From NCBI GenBank assembly GCA_024626585.2, contig JANKJI020000004.1, positions 52,042,510 to 52,065,771 of the forward strand: DNA of 23,262 bases. The letters are read 5' to 3'. The notes under the pieces are model-generated. The model searched no databases, was not told where the DNA came from, and saw nothing but the letters and a program-made list of their open reading frames with translations. A program made the translations under genes and the position numbers. Position 1 is the first letter of the stretch. Every line of letters starts with the position of its first letter. This document shows positions 1 through 10,701 of this stretch, in pieces. Origin of the DNA: Ginkgo biloba. Taxonomy: Eukaryota; Plantae; Ginkgophyta.

Positions 1-805
1 AGTTTTGTTTTCCAAAAATTGTTGCAGAATGCATTTTGCACCAATGTTAGAAATGTGAATTGAAACACAATTTTTATATTGAATGCCTTTTTACATAGAA
101 ATTTCAGATTTGAAGATTTAGTGCCACATAATATTGTAGAAACCAATCGTTATATGTTATAATGTCACCAATTCAAAATTTGGACTTAAAAGTTTTTTGT
201 TTGCATCTAATTTCACTTGTTTTTAAAATCAATTTTATGTGAAGAATTTGAATGGAGTTTTGAAGGTGTTTCAAGGGTTGAAACGTTTTGTTTTCAAAAT
301 TAGGCACAAAATTTGTTTTGACACGTTTTGTGGTAACCATAGTAGCACTGAAACTGTTTCACAGCGTGTTTTTCTCGTTCCATGTGGTTTCATTCTTAGT
401 GAAACGTTTCACATGCAAAAAATTTCATCCTTTGTTGAACTTTGAAATTTATTGCTTTTCAGATTAGAAATCTAAAATTTTGTATATGTCATTCTAAATC
501 TAGCAATTATCTAGTATTAAACTTGTTAAATTATTAAACATTTGTAGAACAATTGAATCTACAATAGAAAATTTTATATTCTAAGTAGCGGGCACACTTA
601 TTTTCTAGATTTTTAAGTAATATGTTGTACTAGCATTTCACACCAGCGTTTGACAATTTTTAATGAAATCCATTTCCCACGTTTTTATCTTAGTGTTGCA
701 TGGAAAGTTGCTCCTATTTGCCTCCATTGACTTTTTGGCCAACTTGTAGATCCAATTTGGCTTCTGGCAGCCTAATGGACCTCCCAAGTAGCTAAACAAC
801 TTGTG

Positions 806-841
806 TAAGTCTGTAATAGGTGTTAAGTCTGTAATAGGTCG
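806..841. repeat. 18-bp tandem duplication (TAAGTCTGTAATAGGT(GT/CG)) x2
   Basis: Units start at 806 and 824 and their first 16 bp are identical. Confidence 0.9.
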
Positions 842-1511
842 TTTGTTAAGATAATATAGACATGTGACCACTTGTGTCAAAAGGCATGAGAATCCCTACA
901 CTATCATCCTTCCATGCAAAAGTCACCATTTGCCAAGTTAAAATGGTAAGAAAAATATCTTAATACACCGGTGTCACTTATTTGGGTTGTAGTAGAAGCA
1001 TATAGAATTGTTGATCACCATAAAGGTAGCCTCAGGCTAACCTTGGGAGATACAATTCATCATGGGGACATTTTTACTGTGAGAAAATGAGAAGCAGAAA
1101 AGATGAAGCCAAGTGGTCTGAAAAGGAATAAATCACTTTAGAACAAAATCTAGTAACAAACATATGCAAAAGGAAGAGTCCATGATTTCAATACAACTGC
1201 AATATTCTTCGTATTTTCTCGTGAATCATTTGCAAATGCAAAAGAAATATGAGAGTGCATATGCATGTGCATGGCTATGCCGGCCCAACTTAAAAGCAGA
1301 CATGTATTTACCATCTGACATGAGCACCACATATAATATTTACAAGCCAAACAAATCTGTCATGGCAAACCAAAAGTTGAATTTGGTCACTTACCATCCT
1401 TTAGTGACTTCCATTGCTAGCTAGCACCACATGGAGAGACAACATGGAGCATTGGCAGCTAGATATTATTAGCAACTTTTGCATGTCTCTGAAGAATTAC
1501 ATATTGTCAAG

Positions 1512-1675
1512 TCAATGCCATAAACTTCGTACATTTTCCAATATCTCATGGAGTCTCGGAACCTTCCTCCGCAACAGTGGTTCCAATCTGGCCGATGAAC
1601 TCTTATTAAGCAACCTTTTAGCCTCACACATGTCATTCCATGCTTGAACTATTTCATCAACCTTGAAACCTAACC
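1512..1675 (-). CDS. PHOX: Terminal coding exon of Phox/CLMP1-family TPR+PB1 protein
   Basis: Encodes (G)[53 protein letters not shown]. This matches the CLMP1-type C-terminus as I recall it ([20 protein letters not shown]...FRLEPxFRRRxPKLH). It follows a TTTTACAG acceptor, and the TGA stop is at 1514-1512. Confidence 0.92.
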
Positions 1676-1866
1676 CTGTAAAACATATCATAGAAGAAAG
1701 ATGAGGGAATATGTGCACCACTTCTAAAACTAACTAGTACAGAAAGAAATTCTTTTGATTTATTTCAACTAGGACATACTATTATTTGTTTCGAGGCTGA
1801 ACTTTGTCTTCGCCCTTTTCTATTCTGGCATATTAAGTTTTGATCTCCTTATGTTCACATATTTAC
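1676..1866 (-). other. 191-bp GT-AG spliceosomal intron, phase 1
   Basis: On the minus strand the donor is GAAG|GTAAAT at 1866 and the acceptor is TTTTACAG|GG at 1676. Splicing joins NTQE-G-LGFKVDE in frame. Confidence 0.9.
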
Positions 1867-3620
1867 CTTCTTGAGTGTTTGCATTAGATGAATGATTCTT
1901 CAATACCACGGCAACATCTGTTTCAGAAGCTCCAGCAAGCTTGAATGTCTCAATTGCAGCATCAAGATGTTCTTCCCATATCGGCAATCCCAATTTGAAC
2001 TCAATGTGCGAATGCTCAAAAAGCATGCTCCCCCAGAGGAGGTTGATCTGAGACCTCACAATAGCAGCATGTTCTGCAGCTTCCTCAGCAGATACCTCCT
2101 CCACATTAGTCCAATTCGAAATTTCCCTTTCCTTTAGAAAGGCTTCTTCCTTCTTATTTGCTGAAAAATTCTTCAGCTTGTTCAAATGTTGTTCTTCCAA
2201 CTTCTCCCATATTTCAGTACCTCTCTGCATCTTTTCCTCTGCACTGCTGAATAGCCGGAGTGTCTCTGAAGGATCCCATGTCTCCAGATCAACCTTGCTA
2301 GCTAAAGCAAGAGACCAGACAAGTTTGCCACTCTCAAACTGTTGCTGCCCCAACGCAAGGAGGCCGTCATACAAGTCTGGCTTGATCCTCAGAGCTTCCT
2401 CATATTTCTGCCCCGCTTTTGAGTATTCTTCCTGAGCCCAATCATAGGCTGCTTGCAGCTGTGCTAGGACCAACTCCTTTGAAGAATTTTCCTTTAGAGG
2501 AATCCTCTTCCTTGCTGCACAAAAATGCACATTTCCCCAACTTAACAAGGCCAGAGCTGCAATCTCCTGAAACTTGNNNNNNNNNNNNNNNNNNNNNNNN
2601 NNNNNNNNNNNGCTTCTTCACTTGTGGCAGTCTCCTCCAAAGCCTGTGAGCACAACTCCATTCCTTCATCTTGCAAAGCTATATGGGCCTCTGGGTCTAT
2701 GCCCAGATGGGTCCTGAATAATTGACCAAAGTCAAATAACCATTTATCTATTTTCATTTCTTTACCTGCAACACTTCTCTCCACCCAATTATCAGCCACC
2801 TCTTTCTTCTTCTGTTGCTCTCTGGAGGGATCTGCATCTTTATGCTCCTCCTCTAACAAGGGCTCTTGTGCAGGATCAACCTCAACAACATACAACCTCA
2901 AAGAGTTACTCATAGAGACACTTGCTTCAGCCCATTTAAGCTCCTCTGTGGTTGTAATGGTCACAAGATCACCCTCCGAATCCCTGCATTTGATAAGAAC
3001 TGCTCTTGAACTTGGGTACCGCTGCCTAACAATTTCTCTCAACTGGCCAAGCTTGCAATTTGCTGGCATTTGTGCAAGCCTGATATCATGGCCATATATC
3101 AACTTCAATGCTCTACTTTGGGCAGGAACAATCCCATGTGCCAATCCTTTGTTCTGATCCTTATCCTCCGGAATTCCAGCATCAATTTTTGGTCTTACCC
3201 TATCGGCAATCTCCAAGGCATCCTTGTTATTGGGTTCTTGCTGTAAAACAACTTCCACATCTTCCAAAGACAAATCAAACTTACCCAAAGTTTCATAAGC
3301 CTTAGCCCTTCTCAAAAGAGCCTTATTGTAGTGAGGATTGACATCCAGAGCCAGTGTACATTCATCAACTACTCTGTCATACTCTACTGGTTTTATTTGC
3401 ATCAAACAAACTGCTTTATTGCTATGCAAAAACGCACGCTCCCTGTGCGTTGAGGGCACAAGCTTGAGGGCCTTTTCATATTGTTCCATCGCTCCTATAT
3501 AGTTTCTGCCCTGAAATTGCTTGTTGCCTTCTTCCTTGAACTCTTGGGCTCGCTTGAGGAACACTGTTAAATCCTTATCTATCTTATTTCCTCCTCCTCC
3601 TCCTCCTCCTCCTCCTGATT
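1867..3620 (-). CDS. PHOX: Main exon of Phox/CLMP1-family (MadB) protein: 3 N-terminal TPRs, PB1 domain, C-terminal helical/TPR-like region; 5' end lost in N gap
   Basis: TPRs at ~3210-3555 (KEEGNKQF..., HSNKAVC, YNKALLRRA). PB1 at ~2880-3110 (LKLIYGHDIR...DSEGDLVTITTTEEL). Family motifs: WLFDFGQLFRTHLGID, KFQEIAALALLSWGNVH, KYEEALRIKPD, SQINLLWGSMLFE, FKLAGASETDVAVVLKNH. The two ORF-track pieces (2542-3729, 1820-2548) change frame only across the 35-N gap at 2577-2611. Confidence 0.93.
3590..3616 (-). repeat. (GGA)9 coding microsatellite encoding poly-Gly
   Basis: (CCT)9 on the + strand, translating to SGGGGGGGGGN just before TPR1. Confidence 0.95.
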
Positions 3621-3720
3621 NNNNNNNNNNNNNNNNNNNNNNNNNNNNNNNNNNNNNNNNNNNNNNNNNNNNNNNNNNNNNNNNNNNNNNNNNNNNNNNN
3701 NNNNNNNNNNNNNNNNNNNN

Positions 3721-3860
3721 GAACTTCACGTTTGGAGCCCTGCACCCTCGTGCTCGATTCGTAAAAGATCTTGTTTTAGGCGGGATTGGGTGTCGACGTC
3801 GTTCCCCACTGTACCCCGTCCCGTCCCTTCGTCAGCATATTATTGAGTGATGGTTTGGAA
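3721..3860 (-). promoter_or_regulatory. Probable 5' UTR/proximal promoter of the Phox gene (small CpG-rich patch)
   Basis: About 11 CG dinucleotides in ~115 bp, against CG-depleted AT-rich sequence from ~3870. It lies directly upstream of the CDS and contains GACGTC and TGACG motifs. Confidence 0.55.
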
Positions 3861-3879
3861 TTAAGACTAGGAAGCTTTC

Positions 3880-4600
3880 TTATTGATCAAGGTGTAACCC
3901 AGGTCTTTTAGCTTGTTGAATGTTGATAAAGTTATGCATACTTTTAGAATCAACTAAAATTAGTATTTTTTCCTTTTGGATAAATCCTTGATTTTCAAAA
4001 GGTTATAATTGTGGCCTTTTTATTATTATAGATCATGATATTTCATATTTATTAACTTAGATTGGTGGTTCTTGAAGCAAATTTTTGTTGTGGCCGTTAT
4101 TATTTTTCTATATATCTTGGAAGTCATCTTCTTCACCAAATTTAAAATTGGATAGGTACTTAGTTGGTTTGTAATTATGCCCTTTTTTTGAAGGTTTATT
4201 GCATTTATCATAGGAATATGTTCTAGGTCTTTTGACATGGTCTAATTTAATGGGTTGATGTTGACAAAATGATTGGTTTCTATTATTTTATAGNNNNNNN
4301 NNNNNNNNNNNNNNNNNNNCTTTGGGTGTTTGATTGCTCATATATTATTCTATTCCATTGTTCTACCCTTTTTTTAAGTAAGATTACTTCTTTCAAGGAT
4401 TCTAACTTTTGTTTTAATAATTCATGTTTGATTTTTTAGCATAAGTTATAATGATAGAAGTCAAGGGAAAAGTTTTTCCATCATTTTTTATTTTGTGTAA
4501 AGGTATTTAAACTTTTCTATGAATTTTTCTACCAACTAACCTCTTTGGTAGAACTCTACGAGTTGAATTAGGTAAGGATTTTCTAGGTTTTTATAATAAG
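3880..4600 (-). mobile_element. Degenerate Ty3/gypsy gag + aspartic protease remnant
   Basis: The minus strand at ~3990-3890 reads GFIQKEKILILVDSKSMHNFINIQQAKRPGL (gypsy protease consensus ILxDSGSTHNFI...AKRLGL). At ~4600-4350 it reads gag-like QRG*LVEKFIEKF and IKHELLKQKLESLKEVILL. Several stops and frameshifts are present. Confidence 0.75.
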
Positions 4601-5052
4601 GACCTCTTATTATTGAATGATGTAGTGGTTGCTGTTGAGTCTCTTATGGTGGCACTTGTTCTTGTTATTGTTGGGATAAATTATATTTTATTAATTGATT
4701 TAATTATTTGACCATTATAACTAGTTGATTGTTGATATTGTTTAATCTATTATTTGATTCAATAAATTTATTTAATGATATATCCCTTTAACTTGATTCC
4801 ATATTACTATGAATTTTTTTTGTAAAAATTATGCTTTGATTTAGTTTGTAACTAATTAGATAGACAATTTTTTTTAAAACTTATTTAATTTATTTAATAA
4901 CTATTATATATAATGTATATTTAAGTCTTAATACAATAATTTATATTTTTTNNNNNNNNNNNNNNNNNNNNNNNNNNNNNNNNNNNNNNNNNNNNNNNNN
5001 NNNNNNNNNNNNNNNNNNNNNNNNNNNNNNNNNNNNNNNNNNNNNNNNNNNC

Positions 5053-5099
5053 ATATATATACACAAAAATGTATATACATATATATACACTATATATAT
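5053..5099. repeat. Imperfect (TA)n-rich microsatellite next to a gap
   Basis: ATATATATACAC...GTATATACATATATATACACTATATATAT. Confidence 0.7.
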
Positions 5100-7136
5100 G
5101 AAAATAATTAGAACCTATACACCCATCCATCCATTAACCTTACATTTTTTTGCACAAAAAAATATGAATTTACTTTTTATGTGAATACTATGACATGTAA
5201 ATTTGATACATTTTTAAACATCCATTGTAATATATATAGATCTTAGATTAAATGCTAAGAAAAATATATTATAGCCTCAAACACCCATGGTGCATCTATG
5301 GCATAGGTATTCACTTCCATGGTAAGCTAATATAAACTAATATGCAATGTAAGTTGCTTAGCAACATATGTAGAAAATTAAAACACATTTTCTAAGTTAA
5401 AATTTTTCCAATACTATATTTTAAATAGAATTATAAACATTGAATGGGTAATTAAGTTGAAGGAAAATAAAGCAATTTATCAAAAAATGGTGTTTTTAGT
5501 AGTGACTTCTACAATCCTTATTAGATGATGAATATAACCCAAAAAGTTAATGAATCTCAAGCTTAAGGACAACATACACAATCATAGTTCCTAAATATAA
5601 TGTTCAAGATTTAGTCATAAGGCTTACCATAGGNNNNNNNNNNNNNNNNNNNNNNNNCATAGAGATAGTAAAGGAGAGAATAAGATTATTATTAAGAGAG
5701 AGAGACAATCTTGATGTTCCTTCTATTTGTATGCCCAGTCAAACTCATGATAATATGGCATTATTTATCCAAAAATATTTTGATGTGAATAAAACAATAA
5801 ATATATGAATGTATATATAACATTAGCATCTTTATTTAGTTTACATTATGATGTTTTATATGGTATCACAAATCAATAAACTCTTGATTAGGTACTTCAT
5901 CATCTGTGTTCACTTTCCCACCTCATGATCAACTTTCTAGGTTAGTTGTGTTAGAGAAGGATAAAATAATTCAATCACAAAGTGCTAAAATAATTAATTT
6001 TACTAGGAAACACAATTAAAGATATATTATTCTAAAACACTTCCATGAGGAGATTACTCTCAATGATATAGATGACTTNNNNNNNNNNNNNNNNNNNNNN
6101 NNNNNNNNNNNNNNNNNNNNNNNNNNNNNNNNNNNNNNNNNNNNNNNNNNNNNNNNNNNNNNNNNNNNNNNNNNNNNNAAAAATAATAAATATATTTTTG
6201 ATTGATATAAATGGATTAACTATCAATTTGAAGTTCGTCATTGATTTAACCTTAAATAAACAAATATATTCTATAAAGTAATTCAAAAAATATTTAAGAG
6301 ATAGAAAATACTTCTTAAGATATAATGGTATACAACTAAGAAGATATAGATGATGGAGGAAGAGAGATTAATGATTCTTTATAATTTTNNNNNNNNNNNN
6401 NNNNNNNNNNNNNNNNNNNNNNNNAATAAATAAAGTAAGATTATTCCTAATAGATACAACATATCCATTATGAGTTGATACGTGATCCATATCCTCTCAA
6501 ATAATCATTTACATGTTTATATGGGGATTTTATGTTCTATGTGTCTCCCTTTGCTTTTTTAATCAAGAAATTATTTTGATATAAGAGAACTTATATCTAA
6601 GGAAAATTTTGGATATGATAGATAAATGATAATAGCTATCATGAATAAGATACTAAAGAGAATAAATTTTTTTAACATCCTTATATTTTTATTAAATTCA
6701 TTTTCTAAATAACAAACCTAAACACTATGCTTAATATTCCCAGCATTCTCTTTATATATAAGCAACAATGGATATACTTTTCCTATATTTAGAACACATG
6801 ACATCATTATTAAATAGTGGGTGTTCTTATAATGTCACTTATTTGAATCTTCATGCCACTTCTTCAACTATGCATTAGACATCTTTATGGAGCATGCCAT
6901 TTCATATCTAATAGTTTAAATTTTAACTTGAATTATGCATGTCACTTTTTCTACTATGCACTATGTGTAGAACATGATTATAATGCCACTTCTTTGATTG
7001 TGATTTTTTTACTCACCACATAGTAATTACATATGACCATTGTGTAATAGTTTACAACATAAATTAAAGTAGTTTAGATTGACTAATCTATAAGATATGT
7101 CAGTGGCTCACATATGGTCTCAAACATGTTGTATGT

Positions 7137-7157
7137 ACACACACACACATACATACA
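7137..7157. repeat. Short (AC)n/(ATAC) microsatellite
   Basis: ACACACACACACATACATACA. Confidence 0.75.
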
Positions 7158-7924
7158 ACACTGATACTCTTGACACATGAACTTGTTGAATAGTTTAAAT
7201 TCAACATCTTATTTTCCTCTTAGCACGATGGCCATTGCTTAAAATCTTATAAGGGAATTATTTTAAAAACTATGTACTCTCATAAATGGTAAATGAGTCC
7301 TTTAGTATCATTTATATTAATGTAATAGAGAGACAAACAAATTTAATGGCTTGTTCCATTTAGGGTTTTAAATTTGTATACCTCTTCCCATAAATTATTT
7401 ATATAATGGTGTTTGATATATTTCCCTAATTTGGTTCACACAACATTGGTGTAGTTAGATTATCTCTATATCGCATCAATTGGTGATCATAGAATCAATA
7501 TATATTGATGAAATATATCCTTTATTATTCTCTTTAGTATACCTTTCATTTTGTATTCTTCAATATAGGAAGATATCACTCTTGGTATTAAGAGGCAAAG
7601 CCAAATTACAATAGGGGAATTCAAATTCCAGTGCTTTTGAATTTAAATAAACCAATTGAATTATTCTCATTTGGGTATATAAAATATTTTCATAACATGA
7701 AGTAAAGCCATGTATATATGATGATTATGCTAGATCAAATACATCAACATGCATACTTCACCCTAATATTTGTATTGGCAATTAGTATTAGTGATATATG
7801 TTATTCAATAGTAGGGAAAATTTTAGTGGCTATATATAGGTAATTGGATATGTTTTGCCAAGAGTTTAAAAAATTAGATTGTCCAAGTTTTTTTATTTTT
7901 AATGAAAAATCTTGGCTTATTCAT

Positions 7925-8055
7925 CAAATTTAGCATAAATTACTAGTAAAATATTTTTTTTTCATAAAACATTCACCTATAATGTATATATTACTTTATA
8001 TGTTAAAATTATTCGTCAAATAATTATACCTGTAAAAAATAAGGCAATCCTTAAA
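7925..8055 (+). repeat. Dispersed repeat copy A (~130 bp), homologous to 12619-12751; probably an LTR fragment
   Basis: Shares colinear blocks CAAATTTAGCATAAATTACTAG, CCTATAATGTATATATTAC, ATGTTAAAATTATT and AAAAAATAAGGYAATCCTTAA with copy B. It runs into an N gap. Confidence 0.85.
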
Positions 8056-9313
8056 NNNNNNNNNNNNNNNNNNNNNNNNNNNNNNNNNNNNNNNNNNNNN
8101 NNNNNNNNNNNNNNNNNNNNNNNNNNNNNNNNNNNNNNNNNNNNNNNNNNNNNNNACACCCCAATGTTCCTCGGATCCACTTTCACGAGTGAATATACTT
8201 GAGAGAAACTACTACATTGCTCTGCCTTGCTCCTATGGTAGAATCCATCATCATCAATGCTTCCTCCTTGTGGATAAAATTTGACAGCACCAACCCTATG
8301 TTGCCTCACATTCGATAAATTTGCTCAATTTCCTCTAGTAGCTACTTGTTTCCCCTCATCTCGCCATGCCAACCAACCTGACCATCCCATAATAAGTCAA
8401 TCAAGGTATCTACCTCCTAAATATATACTCACCCTGCCACGGTGACTCTACCTCCATAATGGTAAAACCTTCCCTGCCACTAGCAGATCCCCCATTGAAG
8501 TTGTGGAACCCTTTATTCTCCGCACCACGTGCTTTTAAGCTTAAACTCTAATGTTTATAAATGGTTAGGCGCCAATGTCTTTACATCCCAAAGGTTAGGT
8601 TAGGTAAGTATTTTCCACTGTAATGGATATGCCAATTAATTCTCTACCATAGCCACCTCCAATTATTCCTGCAATAATTTTCCCATGCACCTTCCTCATT
8701 AAATGCACTTTTAAAATATTCAAATTTTATCTCTCGACAGGTCTACACTATGGGACGCTTTCTTGTTGGCACTCTTATATCTCAAGCCTGATCTCCCAGT
8801 GGCCTAATCTCCTGATATATAAATACCCTATTGAGTCTCCCACGGACTTCACCACACTTGATAAATCATCAGGTCCATAGAGTCATAGATTTCCAAGGAG
8901 GCATCCCTTATTAAGACCTATGATCCTTGATTCACCGATGATCTTTTACCTTCTTCTTCTTCTTCTTTTTGAATTAATAAATGGAATCCCCATAGATCAT
9001 ATTTCATAAATTTATCGGGTCTATGCGGTAGGGATTTTGGTGATGCATCCAAATGCAACTACTCCAAAATTCCCAATTCTAGTTAATCTCAATTTATAAA
9101 CTCGTGAGATCTACATTATTAGGCTTTTGAAAAGAGTCTTGCGGCCCCTTTTCAAATCCTAATGGGATGGACCCCAACCTCTAATAGAATGCACTTTATA
9201 AATCTATTGGTTCNNNNNNNNNNNNNNNNNNNNNNNNNNNNNNNNNNNNNNNNNNNNNNNNNNNNNNNNNNNNNNNNNNNNNNNNNNNNNNNNNNNNNNN
9301 NNNNNNNNNNNNN

Positions 9314-10455
9314 ACTCTTGTTTGTCGTCGTCTTAGGCTCCAATAATTCTCTGTGGGTTATCAATATTTTCTTTGACGTCAACTGCATCCTATGAGCCAT
9401 TAATCTTTCTAATGTTTTCACGATTACATGCTTGACCTTAGCCTCTTCTCCATGGACCAAATTTGCTCTCAACTCTTCTTGCCTAATGTTGTCATTATTT
9501 CTTACTAGGTGCTCAAATGCTCAGTAACCTTCTATGCCACATCTAAAATAAATTGTTCATCTTATGAGCACATTATGCGTGCTTCTAGAACTTCTGACTC
9601 TTTGGTGAATAAGTCTTCCTCGACCTCCTACGCGTTGAGCCATGACCTCTCCTCTTATTTTCGATGGTGCATCATGCCCATACCTCACAACTTTCTTGTT
9701 CTTAGAGATGCCTTCACCATCCCACGTTCTAGTGCCTCTTCTTTATTTTGGGACTAAGGATTCTATTCTTTTAGCGAGTGGTCTCTTCTTCGGGTTTCTA
9801 GTCAATTTCTCTTTTGGTTTCTAGTCAATGGTAATCTTTTCTTGGATTGAAAAATTCAAGCCATTCACGTCCCTTGTAGTCATCTGCTCCTTGCTTTCTT
9901 CATGTCCACTATGGATGGACAATTTATATAATTCATCAGTGTACAAGGGTATAGTCTTATCTCTCTGTCTCTGGTTATAGAATTCTCTAAATAATCTTTG
10001 ACCATAATTTATTGGTAGGATTTTCCCTTGAGTTTAAAAATCATCTTTTTCCATGTGCAAACCTTTTCTTTTCCTTTCTACAGATGCTCCCACCATAAAG
10101 TTGTATGTCCCTTCAATCTAGTGCATGTAAACTTCACTCTTTTGGGATATTCTATCTCTTCCCAATAAAAATATTTCTTCAATTCTCCTACCCAATCTAA
10201 CAGATCTTTTGGATTCAAGCTCCCTCCAAAGTCCAAAACTTCCATTATTGCTCCACCTTAGTTGTTTATTAATAATTTCACTATCAAGTCATATAGGCCT
10301 TGACATCATCATTCTTGTTCCTCTCCCTCTAGTTTTGACTTATCATCACCTTTGGGTTTTTTTCTTCATAACACATTCTCTATTTCTTCATCTCATCTTA
10401 TTAGATCTTCAATTGCCTAAGTGATAGTTCTACCTCCTCTAGCCACTCTTGGCAT
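9314..10455 (-). mobile_element. Degenerate Ty3/gypsy gag (CRM-like) with decayed zinc knuckle
   Basis: The minus strand reads EVLDFGGSLNPKDLLDWVGELKKYF...RVKFTCTRLKGHTTLWW...TWKKMIFKLKGK/LPINY...LFREFYNQRQR...YTDELYKL...RDVNGLNFSIQE (Retrotrans_gag). The knuckle YFRCGIEGY*AFEH at ~9550-9509 derives from CX2CX4HX4C. A candidate ATG (MPRVARGG) is at 10455. Confidence 0.88.
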
Positions 10456-10679
10456 TATTCTTGATATTTTGTTGCTACCAAAACTTTCTTAAAGCTTCAA
10501 CTAGATTTTTCTTTAAATCATAACTACTTCAATAATGTGGCTCTAATTTTCTAATGTCCCAGTTTTGTTATACTTTTCTAATGAGATAAATCCTACTTCC
10601 ATATAAGATGATGGTATCAGACTGCCTTTGCCAACACCTTCACTCTATTATGAGATGGTACCACCTAATGAGCATATGT

Positions 10680-10701
10680 GCTCTAACAATAGATGATGTA
10701 G
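10680..10701 (-). mobile_element. Possible 5' LTR end (...CTACATCA) plus degenerate tRNA-Met PBS of the CRM-like element
   Basis: The minus strand reads CTACATCA-TC-TATTGTTAGAGC. CATCA termini are typical of CRM LTRs. The PBS matches TGGTATCAGAGC at only 8/12, but it has the right position and orientation relative to gag and abuts a 687-N gap. Confidence 0.45.

Noticed and set aside
239-1424. Short ORFs downstream of the Phox gene
   Set aside because: They show no recognisable domains, and their lengths are expected by chance in 3' UTR/intergenic DNA.
2542-2620. Apparent frameshift splitting the Phox gene into two ORFs (pseudogene or two genes)
   Set aside because: The frame changes only across a 35-N gap of estimated length. 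Homolog spacing (SEEAQxLFxxAxxKFQE) predicts roughly 27 nt, and both flanks are intact.
1892-3305. Plus-strand ORFs overlapping the Phox CDS
   Set aside because: They are antisense shadows of the real coding frame.
3621-3729. ORF-track start MKF at 3729
   Set aside because: It is a GTG codon read through a 100-N placeholder gap, so neither frame nor start is supported.
7473-7492. GCATCA-AT-TGGTGATCATAG as an LTR end + PBS
   Set aside because: The PBS match is imperfect and no identifiable gag follows.
4620-7900. Possible hidden genes in the long AT-rich stretch
   Set aside because: I could recognise no ORF, splice-consistent exon or RNA gene. It is most likely very old TE debris.
10612-10621. 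TGGTATCAGA, a near-perfect tRNA-Met PBS on the + strand
   Set aside because: It is not preceded by an LTR-terminal CA and has the wrong orientation relative to the adjacent minus-strand gag.
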